From an uncultured Acidobacteriota bacterium (GTDB taxonomy: Bacteria; Acidobacteriota; Thermoanaerobaculia; UBA5066): a stretch of DNA of 64,000 bases. The translations under genes and the position numbers were made by a program. This document shows, piece by piece, positions 42,637-50,929 of the stretch (position 1 is the stretch's first letter; each line of letters opens with the position of its first letter). The stretch covers positions 480,001 to 544,000 of the forward strand of contig CAVZYA010000001.1 in assembly GCA_963779415.1 (NCBI GenBank), in the 5' to 3' direction. A model generated the notes under the pieces. That model did not search any database and had not been told where the DNA came from. It saw only the letters and a program-made list of their open reading frames with translations.

Positions 42637-43863
42637 ATGGCGGAGGAAAAGCTACCCAACCGATGGATCATGGTCGTCGCGGCGCTGGTGATGCAGATAT
42701 GCCTCGGCATCCTGTACGCCTACAGCGTCGTCCGGGGGCCCCTGACGAAGGAGCTCGGCTATACCGTCAAGGAAACCGGATACCCACTCATGGCCTCGTT
42801 CTTCTTCTTCGCGGTCGGCATGATCGTGGCCGGCCGCTGGCAGGACAAGGCCGGGCCTCGAACGGTCGGGCTCTTCGGCGGCGTGCTCCTCGCGATCGGG
42901 GCTGCGGTTGCCGGTGCGATGTACAAGGACCTGACCATGCTGGTCATCGGCTACGGGGTCCTCGGTGGCCTCGGCGTCGGGTTCGCCTACGTCACACCGA
43001 TCGCAACGTGCATCAAGTGGTTCCCTGACAAGAGAGGCACGATCACCGGCCTCGCGGTCTTCGGGTTCGGCGCGGGGACTCTCGTATTCGGGCCGCTGCT
43101 CTCCAGCCTCATCGCCAGCAGCGGCATCGCCACCACCTTCTACACCGTGGCCGTCATCATGCTCGTCTTCGTCTGTGGCTCCGCGGCCGTCTTCAAGGTC
43201 CCGCCCGCGGGCTACAAGCCCGCCGGATGGAACCCGCCGGCGCCCGCGCCGGGCGCACAGGTGATCAAGACGAACTACCTGCCGAGCGAGATCATCAAGA
43301 CCGGCTCGTTCTGGATCCTCTGGTTCACCTACTTCATCGGCGCGTCGGCCGGCCTGATGATCATCGGGCAGGCGGTTCCCATCGGCGTCCAGGTGGCCAA
43401 GCTCACCGCGGCGGTGGCCGCCGGCGGCCTCGGCGTCATGGCCCTCCTGAACGGCCTCGGGCGGCTCTTCTGGGGGAGCGTCTCCGACAAGCTGGGCCGG
43501 ACGAAGACCGTCATCGTCATGTTCGTCGTCTACATCCTGGCCTTCGTCTTCGTCCTCCCGAACAGCAATACGTTCATGCTCTGGCTCGTGGGCATCTGCG
43601 CGGTCGGCTTCGCTTACGGCGGATACCTCGCTCTGATGCCTTCGCTCACGGCCGACTACTTCGGCACGAAGTCGCTCGGGGCGAACTACGGCTACCTCTT
43701 CACCGCGTGGGGCGTGGCCGGCGTGGGTGGCCCCTTCATGATCGACTGGATCAAGACGGCGACAGGCGCCTTCACGAACGCGATGTACGTCACGGCGGCC
43801 GCCTGCGTCGTCGGAATTATTCTCGCTGCGATCGCGAAGCCCCCGAAACCGGAGGCCGCATAG
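42637..43863 (+). CDS. MFS transporter, oxalate:formate antiporter (OFA/OxlT) family
   Basis: About 12 TM helices. GRWQDK.GPR, KWFPDKRG.ITG, NGLGRLFWG.VSD, G.NYG.LFTAWG. Strong RBS AGGAGG. Confidence 0.88.
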   Translation: MAEEKLPNRWIMVVAALVMQICLGILYAYSVVRGPLTKELGYTVKETGYPLMASFFFFAVGMIVAGRWQDKAGPRTVGLFGGVLLAIGAAVAGAMYKDLTMLVIGYGVLGGLGVGFAYVTPIATCIKWFPDKRGTITGLAVFGFGAGTLVFGPLLSSLIASSGIATTFYTVAVIMLVFVCGSAAVFKVPPAGYKPAGWNPPAPAPGAQVIKTNYLPSEIIKTGSFWILWFTYFIGASAGLMIIGQAVPIGVQVAKLTAAVAAGGLGVMALLNGLGRLFWGSVSDKLGRTKTVIVMFVVYILAFVFVLPNSNTFMLWLVGICAVGFAYGGYLALMPSLTADYFGTKSLGANYGYLFTAWGVAGVGGPFMIDWIKTATGAFTNAMYVTAAACVVGIILAAIAKPPKPEAA

Positions 43864-43864
43864 A

Positions 43865-43931
43865 CTTAGGAGAGAAACTCTCGTAAGTGATAAGCCCGCG
43901 GGGCCGGGAGTTCCGGGCCCGGCCTCGTGGG
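43865..43931. other. Two adjacent inverted repeats between the MFS and CoA-transferase genes
   Basis: CTTAGGAGAG-aaa-CTCTCGTAAG (43865-43887) and CCCGCGGGGCCGGG...CCCGGCCTCGTGGG (43895-43931). Confidence 0.55.
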
Positions 43932-43943
43932 TCATCTCTCGCA

Positions 43944-43959
43944 AGGCACCGGATTCGCT
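43944..43959 (+). promoter_or_regulatory. Putative sigma-54 (-24/-12) promoter
   Basis: AGGCACCGGATTCGCT has exact GG-N10-GC spacing and a GGCAC core. It ends about 40 nt before the CoA-transferase start. Confidence 0.45.
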
Positions 43960-43999
43960 CCGTCAGACTTAATAACGTGCCTTCATGGAGGTCCAAAAC

Positions 44000-45484
44000 A
44001 TGGCGGAAAAAAGAAATGTCGAGATCAAGAGCCGACAGGACACGCTGGCTCTGATCACTCCAGAAATCAGGCCCTGGCCTGTCTCACCACCCCCTTCGCC
44101 GGAGGAAGTGAAGAAGTCCTACGCCAAGCGGAAAGCCGAGGTGTTCGGCCAGTGGCTCGAAGACAACATGCGTCTCGAGTATTCCTGGCAGAAACCCGAG
44201 GCCCTGCAGGGCCTGAAGGTCCTCGACATCGGGCTCTGGAGGCTGGGGCACAAGTTCGGCGCCTCCACGCTCGCGCAGGCCGGTGCCGAGGTGATCTGTA
44301 TCGAGCCCCCCACGGGCGACCCGCTCAGACAGCTGACCCCCTTCGGGCGGGAAGAGTACATGCTCGCCGACAAGGAAACCGGCGAGAAGTGCGGCCTCGG
44401 GTTCATCGACATACACCGGAACACGCACTCGGTCACCCTCAACGTCGAGACTCCGGAGGGGCAGGAGCTGTTCAAGAAGCTCGCGGTCCACGCCGACATC
44501 GTCCTTGACGGGATGCTCCCCGGCTACATGGACAACCTCGGGATCGGGTACCGGGACCTCTCCCAGATCAACTCCCGCCTCATCTACGTGAACGTCATGC
44601 TCCGGGGATCCTGGGGCCCGGCAAAAGACCGCGTCTCCAAGTTCGGCCAGTGGGAACTGGATCCCTTCGCGCAGGCGACCAATTCGTACATTCACAACAC
44701 CGGCTTCGCTCAGGACGCGCTGCCGCGCGGCAAAGGGGGCGACCCGACCCGGGCCGGGTCGTGGCTCGCCGACTATGTCGCCGGCGAGCAGGCGGCCGTC
44801 AACGCCCTCGCGGCGATCTACTGGCGGGAAGAGGTCAGCAATGAGGGGCAGTTCATCGAGGTGACCGGCGCCGAGACCCTGATGGACATCCTCGACTTCG
44901 ACATCTCCTGGTACGGCTTCAACGGCAGCATCAAGGCGCGGACAGGGGGATGGGACCCCAACCTGAACCAGTATGCGTGGAACCCGTGCCGGGACGGCTA
45001 CATGATGATCGGCGGCCAGAGCGACCGGCTCTGGTACCGGATCGGCATGTGCATCGAGCGGGACTTCCCGCAGTTCGGCCGGCTCATCCACGAAGACCCC
45101 TTCCTGAAGGAAGTCGGCGCGCGGAACGCCCTCCACGCCCTCATCAAGACCTACACCGTCACGACGCGCTGGCTCCGGGAGACCAATCGGATCGAGGCCG
45201 AAGAGAAGCTGATGGACTACGAGATCGCGGCCGGCCCGCTCCTCTTCATCGACGAGACCTGCGAGTTCCCCCACTTCAAGTACCGGCCCTGGGTCTACAA
45301 CTGCGAGACGGACTACGGGACCGTCCTCTACTCGACGGTCAATAACGCCTATCAGATGAGGACGCCGCACCGGGTCAAGTGGCTCGGGAGACGGCTCGGC
45401 AAGGACAACTACGACGTCTACCAGCGCTGGGCCGGACTGGGCCCGAACAAGGTGGACCAGCTCAAGGGAAAGGGGGCGATCTAA
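44000..45484 (+). CDS. Family III (CaiB/BaiF) CoA-transferase, subunit 1
   Basis: [43 protein letters not shown], catalytic-Asp region WLADYVAG. N-terminal extension. Confidence 0.88.
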   Translation: MAEKRNVEIKSRQDTLALITPEIRPWPVSPPPSPEEVKKSYAKRKAEVFGQWLEDNMRLEYSWQKPEALQGLKVLDIGLWRLGHKFGASTLAQAGAEVICIEPPTGDPLRQLTPFGREEYMLADKETGEKCGLGFIDIHRNTHSVTLNVETPEGQELFKKLAVHADIVLDGMLPGYMDNLGIGYRDLSQINSRLIYVNVMLRGSWGPAKDRVSKFGQWELDPFAQATNSYIHNTGFAQDALPRGKGGDPTRAGSWLADYVAGEQAAVNALAAIYWREEVSNEGQFIEVTGAETLMDILDFDISWYGFNGSIKARTGGWDPNLNQYAWNPCRDGYMMIGGQSDRLWYRIGMCIERDFPQFGRLIHEDPFLKEVGARNALHALIKTYTVTTRWLRETNRIEAEEKLMDYEIAAGPLLFIDETCEFPHFKYRPWVYNCETDYGTVLYSTVNNAYQMRTPHRVKWLGRRLGKDNYDVYQRWAGLGPNKVDQLKGKGAI

Positions 45485-46872
45485 TGGCCGGCGAGATCAG
45501 ACCCAAGAGTGCGGGCGAGCTGCATGAGATGCGGGCGCCCTACGAGGAGTTCTGCCGGAAGGCCTTCGATCCCGGCAACGAGCACTCGAAGCCCGAGTCG
45601 CTGAAGGGGATCCGGTGGCTCTCCTGCACGATGTACATCTTCACGCCCCACTCGGCCGCGAACCTGGCCGAGCTGGGCGCCGAGGTGATCAAGATCGAGA
45701 TCCCCCGGATGGGCGACGCCATGCGGCACACCTCGCCCTTCAACGAGGCGTACCTCTATCCCCTCCACGACACCCGGCCGGGGACGGGAACCGGGTTCGG
45801 GTTCACGAACGCCAACCCGAACAAGCACTTCATCTCCCTCGACTATCACGTACCGGAGATGCGGGAAGTTTTCTACAACATGGTCCGGCAGAGCGACGGG
45901 CTGACCGAGCTCTACCGTCCCGGGACCTTTGACCGCTGGAAGATGAGCTACCCGACCCTCGCGCAGATCAACCCGCGGTTCATCTACGTCTGGGGCGGCG
46001 GGTTCGGCTACGGGCCGAAGGTCTTCGGGGGCTCCTATGACATCCTCGCGCAGTCCCACGCCGGGTTCGCGTCCATCACCGGAATGCACGACTTCATGGG
46101 CGGCCACTGCTCCAAGTCATCCAACTGGGTCATGGACTGGGCCTCCGGCACCCTGATCACGTTCGGGATCCTCGCCTCCATTCTCTGGCGCCGGAAGACC
46201 GGCCTCGGCACCATGATCGAGTTCTCGCAGGTGCAGACCTCCACGATGTTCACCGAGTATGCCGTTCCTCTTTACGGCCGGTTCGGCATCGTCCGGCAGC
46301 GGTGGGGAAACTGGGACACCCAGCTCTGCGCCCACGGGATCATCCTTTGCGGCAAATCCGACTTCCCCGATGCCCAAAACCCGCAGGACAAGTTTGACGC
46401 CCGGTACGTCATGGTCTCCGCCTTCCAGGATGCGGACTTCAAGGAACTCTGCAACGTCGTCGGCCGGAAAGACATCTACGATAAATACAAAACGCACAAG
46501 GACCGGCTCGACCCCCGGGCCCAGGTCGACATCTACCAGGCGCTCGAGAAATGGGCCGGAGACAAGACCCGGGCGGCGGTGGTCAAGGTCCTGACCGACG
46601 CCGGCATCCTCGCCTCCCCCGTCATGAACGACCGGGAAGTCTACGAGTACGAGCACTACCGCGAGCGGGGCACCGTCCGCTGGATCGACGACCCCCTCTT
46701 CGGCGACTTCCTCCTGCAGGCCGGCTACAGCGCCGGCCACCTGGCCAAGACCCCGAGAAGGACGAACTGGATCTGGCGGCCCGTTGGCGCCGACAATGTC
46801 AAGATCTACCGGGATCTGCTCGGCTATCCACTGAGCAAGATCGAGGAGTGGTATGGCAAGGCCTACATCTAA
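45484..46872 (+). CDS. Family III (CaiB/BaiF) CoA-transferase, subunit 2
   Basis: [35 protein letters not shown]...[14 protein letters not shown] overlap with the previous gene. Confidence 0.88.
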   Translation: MAGEIRPKSAGELHEMRAPYEEFCRKAFDPGNEHSKPESLKGIRWLSCTMYIFTPHSAANLAELGAEVIKIEIPRMGDAMRHTSPFNEAYLYPLHDTRPGTGTGFGFTNANPNKHFISLDYHVPEMREVFYNMVRQSDGLTELYRPGTFDRWKMSYPTLAQINPRFIYVWGGGFGYGPKVFGGSYDILAQSHAGFASITGMHDFMGGHCSKSSNWVMDWASGTLITFGILASILWRRKTGLGTMIEFSQVQTSTMFTEYAVPLYGRFGIVRQRWGNWDTQLCAHGIILCGKSDFPDAQNPQDKFDARYVMVSAFQDADFKELCNVVGRKDIYDKYKTHKDRLDPRAQVDIYQALEKWAGDKTRAAVVKVLTDAGILASPVMNDREVYEYEHYRERGTVRWIDDPLFGDFLLQAGYSAGHLAKTPRRTNWIWRPVGADNVKIYRDLLGYPLSKIEEWYGKAYI

Positions 46873-46886
46873 AAGGAGGCAGCGCC

Positions 46887-47372
46887 GTGTGTGACATCAT
46901 CTGGTGCAAGAAGCAGGTTTCCGGCAAGACGTGCAACACCGTCAATTACCTGGACCCGTACAACTTCTGGAACTGGGAAGGCAAGGTGAACTGCGCCGAG
47001 TGCGGGACCGTCTACGCCATCCACATGATCCAGGGCTTCATGTACAAGGGGCCAACGGAGAAACCCGGAGAGAAGCCCGACATGAGTCCCCTCTACGCCG
47101 ACAAGCCGCTGGAGGGCTACCGGTGTTACCTTCCCGGGATCGAGGGCAGGACGAGGCCTTGGCAGTGCCTCCCCCGACATATCTACCTCGGCCACGCGGA
47201 CACGGTGAAGTGGAGCCTCCGCGGAAGACCCGTGCGTGGCTGGCGTCCTCAGCCGAAGTCTGCAGGCATCGCTGGAAGCTTCGGCCACAAGTGGGATATC
47301 GAGAAACTCTCACCGGAGATCTGGGCCGAATACCAGGAGAAGCTGAAGAGCGGGAAGCTGAAGGACTGGTGA
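46887..47372 (+). CDS. Hypothetical 161-aa protein with N-terminal zinc-ribbon-like Cys motifs
   Basis: RBS AAGGAGG then GTG. MCDIIWCKK...TCNT...NCAECGTVY. Corresponds to the C-terminal part of ORF 46551..47372. Confidence 0.75.
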   Translation: MCDIIWCKKQVSGKTCNTVNYLDPYNFWNWEGKVNCAECGTVYAIHMIQGFMYKGPTEKPGEKPDMSPLYADKPLEGYRCYLPGIEGRTRPWQCLPRHIYLGHADTVKWSLRGRPVRGWRPQPKSAGIAGSFGHKWDIEKLSPEIWAEYQEKLKSGKLKDW

Positions 47373-47394
47373 GACATTCAGAAAGGAGCGCCAC

Positions 47395-47655
47395 ATGGCC
47401 GAGGGAAAACAGTTAACGCCTGAAGAATTCCTGGCTACGGTTCTCGTGCCGCAGTATGGCCGGGAAAGCGGGCACATGTGCTGGGATTGCAAGCACTTCA
47501 AACCGGTTCTGAAGGGCTCCAAGTTCCCGCCCACCGACACGATCGGCTGGTGCACGCAGATCCACTGGCCCTTCTACTGGTGCGTGACGGACTTCAACGT
47601 CGTCAAGAAGTGCTACGCCTTCGAGAAGGGCATTTACACCTTCAAGAAGTTCTGA
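47395..47655 (+). CDS. Small Cys-rich protein, BssB/BssC-like putative Fe-S subunit
   Basis: RBS AAGGAG. C-x2-C-x20-C-x9-C-x9-C: CWDCKHF...IGWC...YWC...KKCYAFEKG. Confidence 0.6.
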   Translation: MAEGKQLTPEEFLATVLVPQYGRESGHMCWDCKHFKPVLKGSKFPPTDTIGWCTQIHWPFYWCVTDFNVVKKCYAFEKGIYTFKKF

Positions 47656-47656
47656 C

Positions 47657-47950
47657 ATGGAGGAGAACGTCCGGAAGGAGCTGGATACGCTCACGGGGAT
47701 GGTGCTGACCTGGAAGAAGGACTATCTCGGGTCGGTATCATCCGATGAGGACTGCGAGTACCTCGCTCGGGAATTCCTGGACGAGGTGGAGACCCACGTC
47801 TACCCCTACGTGAGGAGGCTCATGGAATGCAATTTCCTCACGGGACCGGAGGCGACGGAGTTTCTCGACTCCTGCTATCGCCAGGCAGAGGAGCTGAACA
47901 AAGCCATCCAGCAGCCGGACGCCAAACAGGGTGAAACGATAGGAGGGTAA
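47657..47950 (+). CDS. Hypothetical acidic alpha-helical protein (97 aa)
   Basis: 1-nt gap after the previous stop, natural composition, in operon. Confidence 0.7.
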   Translation: MEENVRKELDTLTGMVLTWKKDYLGSVSSDEDCEYLAREFLDEVETHVYPYVRRLMECNFLTGPEATEFLDSCYRQAEELNKAIQQPDAKQGETIGG

Positions 47951-47952
47951 AC

Positions 47953-48372
47953 ATGGCTGAGAAATGCCGAGTGGGGGTCTGCGGGTACGACCCCGTTCTG
48001 GTGAAGGGATACGTCAAGACAGGCGAGCGAGCCCTCTGGTGGCACCTGTCGGACGAGGTGTACGAACAATACCAGGTGAAGCCGGGTGACACCGTCACCG
48101 GGAAGATCCTGGCGGTTTACGACGGGACCGGCACGAAGACGGCCTCCCCGAACGAGCCCTTCGAGTGGAAGTGCCCGAAGGAGTCGGGCCTGGCGGTCCT
48201 CCTGCCGCCTGCGACCATCGTCAAGTTCAAGCTCTCCGCTTTCCATTTCCTCGAGCTGCTCGTGGAGAAGGTCGGCGGAAAGGACGTCTATCCCGGCAAG
48301 GAGCAGATGAGCTTGAAATGGTGGCCCGAAGAGAGGATGAAGCTCGACTACAAGGTGCCTTACATCGAGTAG
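47953..48372 (+). CDS. Hypothetical 139-aa protein, possible AbrB-like/cradle-loop barrel
   Basis: RBS AGGAGG. LSDEVYEQYQVKPGDTV and LPPATIVKFKL resemble swapped-hairpin repeats. Confidence 0.7.
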   Translation: MAEKCRVGVCGYDPVLVKGYVKTGERALWWHLSDEVYEQYQVKPGDTVTGKILAVYDGTGTKTASPNEPFEWKCPKESGLAVLLPPATIVKFKLSAFHFLELLVEKVGGKDVYPGKEQMSLKWWPEERMKLDYKVPYIE

Positions 48373-48466
48373 AACACAGGACGCTCTCTCCCCCGCTCCC
48401 TTGAAGCGCCGGTTCCGTTCGGACCGGCGGGCAAGGACCGGGCGGGGCGAAATCAGTCGCTCACGG

Positions 48467-48511
48467 CCCCCTCTCCTGGCCCTGAAGCACCAGGAGAGGG
48501 GGATTCTTTTT
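48467..48511 (+). terminator. Rho-independent terminator
   Basis: Perfect 13-bp stem CCCCCTCTCCTGG / CCAGGAGAGGGGG with a 10-nt loop, followed by ATTCTTTTT. Confidence 0.75.
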
Positions 48512-48566
48512 CATGTATCCTCGGCGATGGAACGGTGACATTCGATCGGAAGGGAGAATCGCGTAC

Positions 48567-48809
48567 ATGACAGAACACGACAAGCCGAATGAAGAGGGCT
48601 ACACGGCTCCGGCGTACGTCGACCCGGCGATGGGCGACAGCCCCCCCGTCGGAGGCCTGATTGACAACGAGGCCGTCTGCCGGGACTGCATGACCGCCGC
48701 CGAGGAAGTCAGCATGCGGCGCGGGTTTGTCGACCCCGTCTCCGAGCAGCAGGCCAAGGCGAAGGGGACCGTCTGCGCCCGGTGCGGCAAGAAACTCGTC
48801 GCCGCGTAG
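48567..48809 (+). CDS. Small zinc-finger protein (CRDC...CARC)
   Basis: RBS GGGAG, start MTEHDK, two CxxC pairs, 80 aa. Confidence 0.72.
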   Translation: MTEHDKPNEEGYTAPAYVDPAMGDSPPVGGLIDNEAVCRDCMTAAEEVSMRRGFVDPVSEQQAKAKGTVCARCGKKLVAA

Positions 48810-48852
48810 CGCCCCCTTCAATCCAGCCGGACGGGGCGGGCGGAATCACCTC

Positions 48853-49266
48853 ATGGCAGAGCCGGAAAAGGCCCCACGACGAGAGGTCGTCGAGCAGCTC
48901 CTGCCGCTCGTGGTGGAGTTGATTCCAGGGCAGGCGGCTGAAGGCCTGATCGAAGTGCTCGAGCCGGGCAGCTACGAGGCCCATTCCCTCCGGACGCTTT
49001 GCGAGAATCTCCTCAGGAGAACGAACTGGAGCGTGGAGGAGCAGCAGGTCCTGGAGGACATCAGGAGACAGCTCGACGGGGGCCGGCTCCTCTGCCGGGG
49101 CCGACCCGTCGACGGCCGGGCTCTGGATCTCGCGGTGGTCGAGGAAACCGAAGCAGGCGAGAAGTATCTCTATGTGCCTGTCCACGCCATCAGGCCGCAG
49201 GAAGGCGGAGGCGCGGCACCCCGGATCGCGCACCAAAGTTCAGCAGACGAGAGCAGGAGCCTATGA
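48853..49266 (+). CDS. Putative ubiquitin-like (beta-grasp) protein with GG motif and C-terminal extension
   Basis: Start MAEPEK. Helix SLRTLCENLL, strand RLLCRGRPVD, terminal strand YLYVPVHAIRPQEGG, then an 18-aa tail. Co-operonic with JAB, E1 and E2-like genes. Confidence 0.62.
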   Translation: MAEPEKAPRREVVEQLLPLVVELIPGQAAEGLIEVLEPGSYEAHSLRTLCENLLRRTNWSVEEQQVLEDIRRQLDGGRLLCRGRPVDGRALDLAVVEETEAGEKYLYVPVHAIRPQEGGGAAPRIAHQSSADESRSL

Positions 49267-49469
49267 GTTCCAGGTTCGTAGTCACGGAGAGCACCACGGT
49301 GGACGATGTTGCCGCGGCGGGCCGGCCCGACCCCCTCTACTGCAAACTCGGCCTGGGCCAGCAGGCCCGCGTCCTCGCGGACGAGATCGATGCCGCGCTT
49401 GGTGGGGATACGAGCTGCGGGGGCGCCGGACTCGGATATGTTCCGGACATCGTAGAGGTTGAAGAATAG
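49263..49469 (+). CDS. Hypothetical 68-aa acidic protein
   Basis: RBS AGGAG, ATGA overlap with the Ubl gene. MSSRFVVTEST...DIVEVEE. Confidence 0.6.
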   Translation: MSSRFVVTESTTVDDVAAAGRPDPLYCKLGLGQQARVLADEIDAALGGDTSCGGAGLGYVPDIVEVEE

Positions 49470-49482
49470 CCTGGAGAATCGC

Positions 49483-49677
49483 GTGGAGATAGAGGCTCCC
49501 AAGGACTGGGACCCGAAGTGCCCAAAGTGCCAGGAAGAGCTTCGACGAATGCTCGAGCTGTCACAGTCGGTCTACGAGGACCTCGACCACGGCGCGGGGT
49601 TGTACCGGTTGCCGTTGCCACCTTGCACGCACCATGCGGCGCAGGGCGAGCACAAAGACGCAGGAGGGGTCGCTTGA
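49483..49677 (+). CDS. Small putative zinc-binding protein (CPKC...CTH)
   Basis: GGAG RBS before GTG (alternative TTG start at 49459). CxxC plus CxH ligands. Confidence 0.6.
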   Translation: MEIEAPKDWDPKCPKCQEELRRMLELSQSVYEDLDHGAGLYRLPLPPCTHHAAQGEHKDAGGVA

Positions 49678-49717
49678 CAGACCCACTTGTGGCTTTCCGG
49701 CCGTCGGGCGCCCCGGC

Positions 49718-50929
49718 ATGATGGATCTGCTGGAGTCCGACCTGGAGCTCGTCGTCCGGTCAGGATTCATCTACCTGCCGCTCCTCTTTGATCCTTCGGT
49801 GGCGACGGAGATCGAGGGGAACGTGGGCAATCACCTGGTCGCCCGGGACGCCGGCAGGCATTTCGTTCGGACGATGAGCCTGCGATCGCTCGTTTCAAGC
49901 TACGAGGCTCTCTGGCCGAAGTCGTACGAGAAGTTGCGGCGGTCGAAGCTGTGCCGGTTCTCCGGGGACCTTTCGCCGGCCGAAACGGGCGCCAGCGAGC
50001 GGCTGAAGGAGATCCTCTTCTCCGTCATGCCGCACTTCGTCAGGAGGGGGAAGCGGCTCGACAGGAGGCGGCTGACCGAGGAGGACGTGCTGGACCTCAT
50101 CGAGGAGAGAACCGGACTTCCCGGCGGATACGCCATGGCTGCAGCCAGCGCTCGGGATCCGGGCTCCATCCGGCAGATCCTCGTGGAACTCGAGGAACGC
50201 CGCCCGGCGGCCGAGCCGCTGCCCGAGGGCCGAATGTCTGCGCGGACCCTCGCGGATTGGCTTCTGCGCGCCCAGGAAGCCCGGATTCTGGAAGAGGAGA
50301 GCCAGCGACTGACGGGGTTTCTCTCCGCGCAGGAGGGCCTCGATACGAGGGCGGCCAGGCGGCTGGCGATTTTGCGGTGCGTCGCGGAGAAGGGGACGTT
50401 GGAAATCGACGGATTCGGCTTTCTGAGGACAGGACCCGGCGACGACTACGTGATCTACAAGCGCACCGGCGAGTTCGCTCTCAAGGACTACTACGGTCGG
50501 CTCTATCTGTTTCCGGATTGCCGGGTTGCCGTGTCGACGGCCGCTGGCCTCAGGCCCTTCGTCGTGGAGACCTACAAGCATCCGTTTCTCGAGGCCCACG
50601 ACTCCGGCCAGGAGATCTGCCTGGGCCGCACCACGGCGCGCCGCTTCTCCGGAGCGGCGGCGATCGTCGAGGCTCTGCAGGAGGGAATCAACGCCCTGCT
50701 CCATGGCTACAGCAGCCGGCGCCGAAACGGGTACCACAGACTGGAGGGACTGTTGAGGTCGGTCCGGCTCCCTGGCCCGGACGATCCCGGCTACCCGGAA
50801 CCGCCGGACGACAGGCCCCGCTCCAAGCGGCACATCCTGGACGTCGACTTCGACGACTACCGCATCCCGGCCGATCACCCCGGGATCGTGTCGGGTCGGG
50901 TCGAGATCACCAACGACGTCGTGCCGTGA
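49718..50929 (+). CDS. Putative prokaryotic E2 (ubiquitin-conjugating-like) domain protein with helical N-terminus
   Basis: C-terminal beta-meander, then PFVVETYKHPFLEAHDSGQEICLG (His codon at 50579, Cys codon at 50618) followed by a helix, resembling the E2 HPN...ICL signature. Confidence 0.6.
   Translation: MMDLLESDLELVVRSGFIYLPLLFDPSVATEIEGNVGNHLVARDAGRHFVRTMSLRSLVSSYEALWPKSYEKLRRSKLCRFSGDLSPAETGASERLKEILFSVMPHFVRRGKRLDRRRLTEEDVLDLIEERTGLPGGYAMAAASARDPGSIRQILVELEERRPAAEPLPEGRMSARTLADWLLRAQEARILEEESQRLTGFLSAQEGLDTRAARRLAILRCVAEKGTLEIDGFGFLRTGPGDDYVIYKRTGEFALKDYYGRLYLFPDCRVAVSTAAGLRPFVVETYKHPFLEAHDSGQEICLGRTTARRFSGAAAIVEALQEGINALLHGYSSRRRNGYHRLEGLLRSVRLPGPDDPGYPEPPDDRPRSKRHILDVDFDDYRIPADHPGIVSGRVEITNDVVP

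Noticed and set aside
42637-46872. Canonical oxalate operon (oxlT-frc-oxc) or bbsEF toluene pathway
   Set aside because: No oxalyl-CoA decarboxylase and no bssA or other bbs genes in the window. The transferases are too divergent to name by eye.
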